32,679 nucleotides of DNA from Candidatus Binatia bacterium (GTDB lineage: Bacteria; Desulfobacterota; Binatia; HRBIN30; JACQVA1): assembly GCA_041477755.1 (NCBI GenBank), contig JBGOUW010000002.1, positions 1 to 32,679 on the forward strand, written 5' to 3'. The position numbers and the translations under genes are program-made. The notes under the pieces are model-generated. The model ran no database searches and was not told where the DNA came from. It worked only from the letters and a program-made list of their open reading frames with translations. Numbering within the stretch: position 1 is the first letter of the stretch; each line of letters opens with the position of its first letter. Of the stretch, positions 9,238-16,895 are shown piece by piece.

Positions 9238-11130
9238 ATGGGTGAATCAGCGCGATGTGGGGATTCTCGCTGGGTCAGGCTGTTGGGTGCGGTGGCGTTG
9301 ACCGTCGCGATGGTCGGCGGCGGCACACGGCCGGGGCATGCCACCGTCAAGTATGGGGCGATGCAGGTCTCGGGCAGCTTCGAGGCGCAGAACGTGGCGC
9401 GCGATCCGTCGCCGACCGAGTTTCACTTCATTCAGCAACGCAATACCTTCCGTCTGCGGATCGACTGGGACTGGCTGCAGAACGGCAACTTCCTCGACAA
9501 GTTCAACGTCCCGTTCGCCGAGTCCTCGAAACTCTTCATGCTCTATCGCGGTGTCTACGATAGCTTCTACGACATCGCGCCGACCGAAAATCAGATCGGC
9601 CAGACGTCGTTCGACGACAAGATCGGCGGCCCGATCGCTGGCACCGGCTCGCGCTTTACGCAGCAGACTCGCAGCGCCGACAAGTTCGAGAACCAGTTGC
9701 GCGAGATCTACATCGACACCAAGCTCAAAGATCTGCCGGTCAGTCTCCGTACCGGTCGGCAGCAAGTGATCTGGGGTGAGAGCGACCAGTTCCGGTTGAT
9801 GGACATTTGGAACCCGCTGGACACGACGTGGCACTTTCAACAAGACTCGTGGGACAACATCCGCATCGCCACGTGGCTGGCCAAAGCCTTGTGGGACGTT
9901 GGCGACGTTGGTCCGTTTTCGAACACGTTTGTCGAGGTCGTTTACAACCCGTTTGATTTCCAGCCCGGCGCGAAGGTCGACTTCTTGCCGCGTCCCTGGG
10001 CGCTGCCGTTCCCAGATCCGCTGCGCGGCGGACAGGTCCAGCAGTTGACCCCGGACATCGCTACCTACCTCTCGCCCACATTCAATTTGCAGGGCACGAG
10101 CCTGCGCAAGGGCGCATTCCAGCGCAACCCGGCCGACGCCAGTGAGGTCGGTACGCGCGTGCACGCGGTGACGCCACAAGGCCTCGAGTTTTCGCTGAAC
10201 TACTTGTACGGGCGCGGCCGCGGCGTCGGCGCCGCGTCGCCGTTCGCCGTCAAGATCCACTCGATCACGACGAACGGGCACGGTCCCTCACCGATTGGAG
10301 CACCGATCGATGGCGCGACGTTCCTCGGCAAACGGGTGTTCCCGGTCGCTGTGGACGCTGAAGTAGTCCACCCCTACATGCACATCTTTGGCCTTACGGG
10401 GAACTACTTCGAAGGCGACTTTACTCAGGCCGTCTTCCGCTTTGAAAGCGCGTACGTGATGGGTGAGCCGTTCCAGACCACGAACGAAAGCAAGCTCGTC
10501 GATATCAAGAATGAAAGTGGGACGGTCAGCGGAAAGGCTCCGATCGGGTTCGAACAACGTGATGTGTGGGCGGGAATGCTCGGCTTCGACCGCCCGACCT
10601 GGATTCGCTGGTTGAATTCGAAGGCCACCTGGTTCCTCACCGGCCAAGCGTTTTGGAATTACACGACCGGCGCACACGTCGATCAGCTGGTCGGCAACAA
10701 CAGCGCCGGCGACTCTCCCTACTTTACGCCGCACGCGGGCCTGCCGGGCTCGAACACCGGTGGCCTTGGTGTGTGGCAGGGTGGTCAATACAACGGCTTT
10801 ACGGAGCGACTCCAGGACAGCTCTCGTCCCGGCAACATCCCCGGTGACAACATCCGCCGCTGGGAAAGCTTGATCACGATCGCGGGCACCAGCTTCTACC
10901 GCGGCGGGACAATTGTGCCGTTCATCGCTGACGCGTTCGATCCCGTCAACATGAACGACGAGATTCTCTACAACCTGGATTGGTTCGCGACCAACGATCT
11001 GATCTTCAGCCTGCAACAGAAGTTCTTCACCGCGTTCGGACGCAGCGTGCCGAGCAACGACCCGTGGTTCGCCGGCGGACGCTTCACCCGCCGCGATGAG
11101 ACGGGGGTGAAGATCACGTATCAGTTCTAA
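9238..11130 (+). CDS. DUF1302-like outer-membrane beta-barrel protein
   Basis: 630-aa ORF with a strong RBS GAAGGAGG 6 nt upstream. The signal peptide ends ...GHA. The RQQVIWGESDQFRLMDIWNPLD block recalls the DUF1302 family. The alternating beta-strand pattern and C-terminal ...KITYQF (terminal Phe) are typical of OMPs. Confidence 0.65.
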   Translation: MGESARCGDSRWVRLLGAVALTVAMVGGGTRPGHATVKYGAMQVSGSFEAQNVARDPSPTEFHFIQQRNTFRLRIDWDWLQNGNFLDKFNVPFAESSKLFMLYRGVYDSFYDIAPTENQIGQTSFDDKIGGPIAGTGSRFTQQTRSADKFENQLREIYIDTKLKDLPVSLRTGRQQVIWGESDQFRLMDIWNPLDTTWHFQQDSWDNIRIATWLAKALWDVGDVGPFSNTFVEVVYNPFDFQPGAKVDFLPRPWALPFPDPLRGGQVQQLTPDIATYLSPTFNLQGTSLRKGAFQRNPADASEVGTRVHAVTPQGLEFSLNYLYGRGRGVGAASPFAVKIHSITTNGHGPSPIGAPIDGATFLGKRVFPVAVDAEVVHPYMHIFGLTGNYFEGDFTQAVFRFESAYVMGEPFQTTNESKLVDIKNESGTVSGKAPIGFEQRDVWAGMLGFDRPTWIRWLNSKATWFLTGQAFWNYTTGAHVDQLVGNNSAGDSPYFTPHAGLPGSNTGGLGVWQGGQYNGFTERLQDSSRPGNIPGDNIRRWESLITIAGTSFYRGGTIVPFIADAFDPVNMNDEILYNLDWFATNDLIFSLQQKFFTAFGRSVPSNDPWFAGGRFTRRDETGVKITYQF

Positions 11131-11157
11131 GCGCGCGCGACCGATCCGCTGCGAATT

Positions 11158-11195
11158 CCGAGGGCCGACACATGGTGTCGGCCCTCGGCGTTTGT
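11158..11195 (+). terminator. Intrinsic terminator-like hairpin between convergent genes
   Basis: CCGAGGGCCGACAC-atg-GTGTCGGCCCTCGG is a perfect 14-bp stem followed by CGTTTGT. It lies between the DUF1302-like stop (11130) and the stop of the minus-strand gene (11204). Confidence 0.55.
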
Positions 11196-11203
11196 GGGCT
11201 TCA

Positions 11204-12010
11204 CTACACGATGCGAACGGTGATGCCGCTGCTGCGCGCGCGTGCGGCCAACGCGTCGCGAAAGCCGGCGTAGGACTCACCGGCCGCTTCCCACCACTCA
11301 TCGTCGGCTGCGCTGCCCAGCATCAACGTGAACGGGGCAACCAGGCATGCCGTGTAGGCGCGCAATGTGGTTTCGTCCTCGGCTTGGAAGATCGCGATCC
11401 CGCATGCCCGCAGATCGAGCGCGAGCGTGATCGGCGCGTCGAGCGTCTCCCGCTCCTCGGCAAGACTGAGCGCGGAAAAGGCCAGCTCCCACCAGTCGTC
11501 GCTCGCCGGTTCGGGTCGAATGCCGTGGCGACAGGCGACGATCTTCTCGGTCGCGTCTGCCACGGTCAGAAATGGTCGTCCGCCGGGCCGACGCCGTCGC
11601 GGCGCCACGACTGATACGGCGTAGTGCAGTTCGTGCGGGAGCGGTGTGACGGCGCGGAGCCCCGCGAACACCTGGGGGAGAAGTCGCGTGAGCGCGGCGT
11701 GGTCATCGCGCTGAAACGCGTCGATGGCGGACACTACGGGCGCGCTGCTGCGTAGGTCTCCGAGCGCGTGACTCCAGCGCGCGGTGAGCGTCTGCAACTC
11801 CGCCGCCGCGCGCTCGATCGCTGGCCGCGCGAGCGTGCCATCGCGCAGGTCGTGACGAAGATGGCCGCCGAGTTCGCTCATGCGGGGTAGCAACTCTTGC
11901 TCGGCGCGTTCGCGCAGCGGCGCGAATAGCACGGCCACTTCGTACAGCCGCGCCAGATCGCGCATGGCGGTCTCCAGCGCGATCAGTTCTGCCGCCGGCG
12001 TCATGCCCAC
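11204..12010 (-). CDS. Hypothetical protein (about 266-268 aa), downstream partner of the phosphoesterase fusion
   Basis: The ORF shows GC3-rich codon use consistent with its neighbours. It starts at GTG 12010 or ATG 12004, with no clear SD. I see no recognisable motif. It lies 60 nt downstream of the 12071 stop on the same strand. Confidence 0.5.
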   Translation of the reverse strand: MGMTPAAELIALETAMRDLARLYEVAVLFAPLRERAEQELLPRMSELGGHLRHDLRDGTLARPAIERAAAELQTLTARWSHALGDLRSSAPVVSAIDAFQRDDHAALTRLLPQVFAGLRAVTPLPHELHYAVSVVAPRRRRPGGRPFLTVADATEKIVACRHGIRPEPASDDWWELAFSALSLAEERETLDAPITLALDLRACGIAIFQAEDETTLRAYTACLVAPFTLMLGSAADDEWWEAAGESYAGFRDALAARARSSGITVRIV

Positions 12011-12070
12011 ATTGTGACCAGAAGGTTCGCTGGTTGATAGGTCGCCAACCCCGAAAATTGGAACTCGAAG

Positions 12071-15000
12071 CTACGAACTCGAAACCGGAAGCCTTTTCCG
12101 TTGCATGACGGCGCCGCCCGCGATGAGCAGGGTGACGAATGCAAGGGTGAGCATCACGGCGACGCGCTTTTCGCGCTCGAAGCGTTCACCCACGTGGGCG
12201 AGCCATAGCACGCGCGACAGCTCCGGCCCCGCTTCATCGTAGTCCGAGAGGTTGAGGCCGCTGGAGACTTCGGCGGCTTCGCGCAGATACGCGTTGCCGG
12301 CGTTCACTGCCGATGGATTCACTTCGGCCGCCACGGCCGAGGAGAGCGCGGTGTACGGCGTGAAGTCGGGCGTGGTAGTGAAGTAGTCACGCATGTCGGT
12401 GGCATAGCGGTCGTACTGCGATTGCGGGCCCACGCCGAGCAGCAGTTCCATCGTCTTGAGCATGCTGACGTTGGAATGGTGGACGTGCGACAGATAGCTG
12501 CGCTTGATGTACGGTCCGATCGCCAAGTCGATGGTGCGATGCGCCGACACGTGATCCTGGGCGTCCTGCGCGTCGTCCTCGCTGACGAAAATCGCCATGT
12601 CGCTCCAAAACGGGCTATGACTGAGGGCGGCGATGACCATGCCCAAGCCACGGTCGTTGTCGGCGACCGCTGCGCGCGGCGTCGGCATGTTTGGCGTCGC
12701 ACCAAAGGTATGATCGTTGGGCAGCCAGATGAAGAGGAACTGCGGTAGTTCGCCACCCGTGGTGAACTGATCGAGCTCCTCGATGAAAAGCCGAGCCCGT
12801 TCGACGTCGGTCTTGTCGGGCAGAATGTTCGACGGATAGTCGAGTTTGAAGTTCGGCCACACCTCGTTCTTCAAGATATCGACGTTGATGCCGGCGGCGC
12901 TCAGCGCCGCGACATCTCCCGCGAAAATCAGGCCCGCATTGGCGGCGAGATTGCTCACACTGCCGGCGGCTTGTACCAACTTGGAGAACAGACTCTGCAC
13001 GCCTCCGCTGTTCTTTCCGGCTTCGAGCCGTGACAGCAGCGCGAAGGCCTCACCGTAAACACGAAACGGGACCTGTTCGCGATCCATCAGCTCGAAGATA
13101 TATCCCGCCTTGGCAAAGCCCTCCTGTCCGGTCTGCGCCATAGCGTCGGAGATGCCGCCGCCGTTGTAGTTGAACGGCCACGTCTTCTCGGTCCAGTCGG
13201 TGTCGTTGCCTTGGTCGGTCCATTCGTGCCCCGGGATCGAGACTTCCGCGTCGCAATAGAAGTTGTCACCGGTGGCGAACTGACGCGCGAGTGCGTGATG
13301 ATTCGGCGTGACGTCGTCGCCGAACAACGTCAGACGACTGTCACGACTGACGCCCGGCAGATCGAGGTCGCCGAACACTTGATCGTAGGTACGGTTCTCC
13401 TTGAGGATGAAGACAACATGTTTGATCTGTTGCGACGCGCTGCTGCCGAAGTCCGGAGGCAGTGGGTGCCCGTGTTCGAGGTCGCCTTCGGCAGCATGGC
13501 CATCGACCCGCCCAACAGTAATCGGGTCGAAGCCATTGAGCGCGCGCACCGCCGCGGTGCCAGCATCGAGGTCAACGTGATCGACCCCATCGATGATCGA
13601 CACGCTACCCTTGATGATGCGGCCAATGTAGTACGGCGTGGCGCCCAGGTTCTCGTCGCTGATGTCGACCAGTTCGGCCCCGTTGCCTCCGACGCCGACA
13701 CCCTTGGCGTTGGCGACGTAGAGGCGTGTGCCATCGTGGGTGAGTGCCAGCGCGCTCGGATACCAGCCGGTGGGGATGAAGCCGAGTGACTGAAACGTGC
13801 CCGCTGCCGGATCGGCGGCGATGACTTGGACCGCGTTGATGCCGGCGTCGGCAACATAGATACGTCGTCCGTCGGCGCTCACCGTCACCGCGTTGGGGTA
13901 GAGACCCTGCAGCCCGAGCGAAGCGCCGCCGGAGTCGAACCGGTTCAGTTGTACCTCCGCAGCTACCGCAAAGGTCGCTGTGTCGATCACCACGAGCGAG
14001 TCAAGGTTGGTCGCGGTGACGTAGAGCAATGCACCGTCGGGGCTGAGTGCCATAGCGGTAGGATGGCTGCCGCCGAACACGGTGCGGTTGTCGATATGCG
14101 CGCTGCGGCCGATCGGAATGGACTTCTGGAATCGCGGCTGCGTCGGGTTGTTCAGATCGACGACGATCACCGACGAGCGCGAGAAGCCGTTGGGATCGAA
14201 TGGCGGCAGCGGCGCCGGAATCAGCCCGGAGGGATTCCCATTGTTCAATCCCCACGAGCTGACGAACGCATGTTGCCCATCGGCGGCGAGCTTCACGGCG
14301 TAGGGGAAGTTTCCAACATCGGGGCCGCGCAGCGTGTCGCCGGTTTGCAGATCGACCGTCCACAGCGCGTTGCTGCGCAGACCGATGACGTAGAGATAGC
14401 GCCCATCATGACTGACCGTCAGGCCGGTTGGGAACGTGCCGTCGGGCAGAGTGGCGACGACTTCCGGGGGCTGTAGTTCGCCGTGCTCGAAGCGAAGGCT
14501 CTGCACCGTGTTCAAGGTGCCGTTGGGGACGAAGACTCGCTCGCCATCGGGGCTGAGCGCCAAGCCGAGATAGTGGGGCACCTGCACGCGGGTCACTGTC
14601 CGCGAGGCGGCTTCGATCACCTGCAGGTTGCGCTGAAAGTTGTCGTTCCCGAAGCCGTCGTTGGTGACGATTACGTGCGCTTCATCTGGCGTGAGTGCGA
14701 GGTTGAGCGGAAACGTGTCGACCGGTACTTGCTCCCCCACCGCCTCGACCCGGCGACCGTTTGGTAGTACGCCGCGTGCACCCGACTGCGGACCGGCGAC
14801 CGCCTCGCCGGCCGGCGCCCGATAGACCTCGATCGATTCTGGGCAAGTAGCCAGCGCAACGTTCACCGCCCGCACCAGCTCTTCCACCGTCACGAGGTGA
14901 TCGCCGTTCTCATCGAGCGGACGGCACAGGCGCAGGGCGCCGCCGGTACCCAGCGCGAGATTCACGCCGTAAACGAGCTCCTCGACCGTGACCTGGCCGT

Positions 15001-15115
15001 CGTCGTTGCAGTCGCCGGCGCATAGGACGCTGCGCGCGCGAGCGGGCAGCGCGGCGATCAGGAGAGCGATGCCGAGCATCGTGACGAGAGGGCGGAAGGA
15101 CTGGGACAAGGGCAT
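12071..15115 (-). CDS. Dockerin-like / YVTN beta-propeller / phosphoesterase (PLC-AcpA family) fusion protein with C-terminal TM anchor (1014 aa)
   Basis: ORF 12071..15751(-) trimmed to the ATG at 15115, which is preceded by AGGAG with a 7-nt spacing. The signal is MPLSQSFRPLVTMLGIALLIAALPARA. Two Ca-loop-like repeats are present (GDCNDDGQVTVEELV and DENGDHLVTVEELV). Repeated propeller blades follow (LALTPDEAHVIVTND, LALSPDGERVFVPN, LTVSHDGRYLYVIG, LKLAADGQHAFVSS, MALSPDGALLYVT, VTVSADGRRIYVAD, LALTHDGTRLYVAN). The phosphoesterase signature is IKHVVFILKENRTYDQVFG. The C-terminal hydrophobic helix is VAVMLTLAFVTLLIAGGAVM. Confidence 0.85.
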   Translation of the reverse strand: MPLSQSFRPLVTMLGIALLIAALPARARSVLCAGDCNDDGQVTVEELVYGVNLALGTGGALRLCRPLDENGDHLVTVEELVRAVNVALATCPESIEVYRAPAGEAVAGPQSGARGVLPNGRRVEAVGEQVPVDTFPLNLALTPDEAHVIVTNDGFGNDNFQRNLQVIEAASRTVTRVQVPHYLGLALSPDGERVFVPNGTLNTVQSLRFEHGELQPPEVVATLPDGTFPTGLTVSHDGRYLYVIGLRSNALWTVDLQTGDTLRGPDVGNFPYAVKLAADGQHAFVSSWGLNNGNPSGLIPAPLPPFDPNGFSRSSVIVVDLNNPTQPRFQKSIPIGRSAHIDNRTVFGGSHPTAMALSPDGALLYVTATNLDSLVVIDTATFAVAAEVQLNRFDSGGASLGLQGLYPNAVTVSADGRRIYVADAGINAVQVIAADPAAGTFQSLGFIPTGWYPSALALTHDGTRLYVANAKGVGVGGNGAELVDISDENLGATPYYIGRIIKGSVSIIDGVDHVDLDAGTAAVRALNGFDPITVGRVDGHAAEGDLEHGHPLPPDFGSSASQQIKHVVFILKENRTYDQVFGDLDLPGVSRDSRLTLFGDDVTPNHHALARQFATGDNFYCDAEVSIPGHEWTDQGNDTDWTEKTWPFNYNGGGISDAMAQTGQEGFAKAGYIFELMDREQVPFRVYGEAFALLSRLEAGKNSGGVQSLFSKLVQAAGSVSNLAANAGLIFAGDVAALSAAGINVDILKNEVWPNFKLDYPSNILPDKTDVERARLFIEELDQFTTGGELPQFLFIWLPNDHTFGATPNMPTPRAAVADNDRGLGMVIAALSHSPFWSDMAIFVSEDDAQDAQDHVSAHRTIDLAIGPYIKRSYLSHVHHSNVSMLKTMELLLGVGPQSQYDRYATDMRDYFTTTPDFTPYTALSSAVAAEVNPSAVNAGNAYLREAAEVSSGLNLSDYDEAGPELSRVLWLAHVGERFEREKRVAVMLTLAFVTLLIAGGAVMQRKRLPVSSS

Positions 15116-15265
15116 CGCAAATCTCCTACGTGCTGATGGCGTAACGGAGGCGCCAGCCTGCGTCAAATGAAAACTGTGGGTCAAGGAAAACTTGAGGGCA
15201 CGGCGGAAATCCGTTACGGTGCGCCCCTGGTAACTGGTTGTGAGCCGTAGCTGACACGGCGCGGG

Positions 15266-15685
15266 GTGAGGCCGGTGGCGTATCGCTTGAGCGGGAAGGT
15301 TCTGGCGTTTGTTCGAACGCAGCGCGTGGCGCGCTTGGCGACGATCGGTCCGCGCCAGACACCCCACAACGTCGCCGTGTGTACCGTCAACGTGGCGGGC
15401 CACATCTACTTCGCGAGCGCGGCGAACGCCCGCAAGGTGCGCAACCTGCGCCGTTGCTCGCGTGTCGCGTTGACCTTCGACGTCTACAGTGAGCGGTGGT
15501 CGCACTTGGCGGGTGCGATGATTGCCGGTTCCGCGACGGTGATTGCACGCGGCCCGGTGTTCAAGCGCATCCGACAATCCCTGTATCGCAAGTATCGTCA
15601 GTTCCCGCGCGTAGCGCCCATCGTTGAGGACGAGTCGGTGATCGTGCGGGTCAGCCCCACTGCGTGCTTCTCGTGGGGACTGTGA
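15266..15685 (+). CDS. Pyridoxamine 5'-phosphate oxidase (PPOX/FMN-binding split-barrel) family protein
   Basis: 139-aa ORF with a GTG start. FVRTQRVARLATIGPRQTPHNVAVCTVNVAGHIYFAS...VALTFDVY matches the PPOX-class pattern. Confidence 0.7.
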   Translation: MRPVAYRLSGKVLAFVRTQRVARLATIGPRQTPHNVAVCTVNVAGHIYFASAANARKVRNLRRCSRVALTFDVYSERWSHLAGAMIAGSATVIARGPVFKRIRQSLYRKYRQFPRVAPIVEDESVIVRVSPTACFSWGL

Positions 15686-15701
15686 TGCCAGGGCGGGGAG
15701 G

Positions 15702-16868
15702 ATGACGGGGATGGGCTGGGTGGCGCGCGCACTAGTCGGTGCCATCATCATTCTCCTCCCCGTGGTGATTCCGACGGCGACCCGAGCGATTCAGCCCAGC
15801 ACGAGCAAGGCCCCGGTCGCAGAGCCGCGCGCGATGGTGCTCGCGGATGCGTCGAGCGGCCGCGTGCTGCGCGAACGCAACGCCGATGAGTCGATCGCAC
15901 TCGGAGCACTCGGACACCTGATGCTGTCGCTGCTAGTGCTGGAACGTCTGGACTCCGGCGAGTTGGTGACCAGCCTGACACTTCCGGTCAGCGCGGGAGC
16001 CGCTGCCGTGCCGGGTGCGCGGCTCGGGCTGCGCGAAGGCGAGCACCTTTCGATCGATGAATTGCTGCGCGCGTTGTTGGTGTCCGGGGCGCCCGATGCG
16101 GCGGCCGTGCTGGCCGACGGGACGCTGGGTAGTCCCGCGGCGGCGGTGGCGGCGATGAACGAGCGCGCGAGTTCATTGGGGATGATCGGGACGGAGTATG
16201 GTTCGCTCAGCGGGACCGCCGCCAGCACGCGGCAACCGATTGATGTGACCACTGCGCGCGACACCGTGCGCGTCACCACCGAGTTGCTGCGGCATTCGCG
16301 CGCCCGCACATGGGCGGCGCTGAGTGGTCTGCCGTTTCGCGGCGGCACGGTTCTCTTGCGCAACCGCAACCAGATGCTGGGGACCGTAGCGGGGGTGGAT
16401 GGGCTGCTGGTGACCGAGTCGCCACGTGGCGGCTCGCATCTGGTGGCGACGGCGCGTCGTGGAGCGCTCGACGTGATCGCAGTGGCGCTCGGCGCCGCAG
16501 ACAATGGCACTCGCTACACAGCCGCCCGAGAGTGGCTCGACTGGAGCTTTGCGACGTTTGAGCGCATCGACATCGTGCGTGTCGGTGAGCCGCTCCGCAT
16601 TCCGGTGCGAGTGCGCGGTGGGCTCGAAGGCCATTTGGTGCCGGTGGCCGGTACCGGCTGCTCACTCCTCCGACGCCACGGAGAAGAGCACCACTTCGAA
16701 CTGGACTTCCAATTGCCGGACATGCTGACGGCGCCGATTGTGCGCGATCAGCGCGTTGGCGAGATCGTGATCCGCGAGAATGATCTCGTGGTCGCAGTCG
16801 TACCGGCGGTGAGCCCGGCTGACTTTCCCGCCGCCGACAGCGTGCTGTCGACGGCGGGCAGTCCGTGA
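15702..16868 (+). CDS. PBP5/DacA-like D-alanyl-D-alanine carboxypeptidase homologue with degenerate active site (probable pseudoenzyme)
   Basis: 388-aa ORF. Start is ATG 15702, or ATG 15711, which has better spacing to GGAGG. A signal/TM helix is present. It is collinear with E. coli DacA through NAD...[54 protein letters not shown] and a PBP5_C-like tail. However SxxK, SxN and KTG are all replaced (see finding). Confidence 0.75.
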   Translation: MTGMGWVARALVGAIIILLPVVIPTATRAIQPSTSKAPVAEPRAMVLADASSGRVLRERNADESIALGALGHLMLSLLVLERLDSGELVTSLTLPVSAGAAAVPGARLGLREGEHLSIDELLRALLVSGAPDAAAVLADGTLGSPAAAVAAMNERASSLGMIGTEYGSLSGTAASTRQPIDVTTARDTVRVTTELLRHSRARTWAALSGLPFRGGTVLLRNRNQMLGTVAGVDGLLVTESPRGGSHLVATARRGALDVIAVALGAADNGTRYTAAREWLDWSFATFERIDIVRVGEPLRIPVRVRGGLEGHLVPVAGTGCSLLRRHGEEHHFELDFQLPDMLTAPIVRDQRVGEIVIRENDLVVAVVPAVSPADFPAADSVLSTAGSP

Positions 16869-16895
16869 GATCGTCGCCCGATCGACGACTGCGGC

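Noticed and set aside
9247-11301. Long minus-strand ORFs 9247..10281 (344 aa) and 10288..11301 (337 aa)
   Set aside because: Both lie mostly antisense to the DUF1302-like gene (the second also runs about 100 nt into the 3' end of the 11204..12010 gene). Their Arg/Ala/Pro-rich composition is typical of wrong-frame ORFs in GC-rich DNA, and they have no motifs.
12040-12085. Direct repeat TTCGAGTTC (minus strand) straddling the phosphoesterase stop codon
   Set aside because: One copy is coding (…PVSSS-stop). There are only two short copies with no secondary-structure potential, so it is probably fortuitous.
15140-15218. 9-bp inverted repeat CGTAACGGA / TCCGTTACG, 61 nt apart, in the phosphoesterase/PPOX divergent spacer
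   Set aside because: The arms are short with a long loop, so it is only marginally above chance. There is no supporting promoter or terminator context, so it is kept only as a note.
12071-15751. Full-length 1226-aa reading of the minus-strand ORF (extra 212 N-terminal codons, 15116-15751)
   Set aside because: The extension is Arg/His-rich nonsense-like sequence. It overlaps the PPOX gene and the start of the PBP5-like gene on the other strand. A good AGGAG-ATG and a signal peptide occur at 15115.
16869-16895. Short hairpin GTCGTCG-cccgat-CGACGAC between the convergent PBP5-like and hppA genes, as a terminator
   Set aside because: The stem is only 7 bp and there is no U-tract on either strand, so support is too weak to list as a feature.
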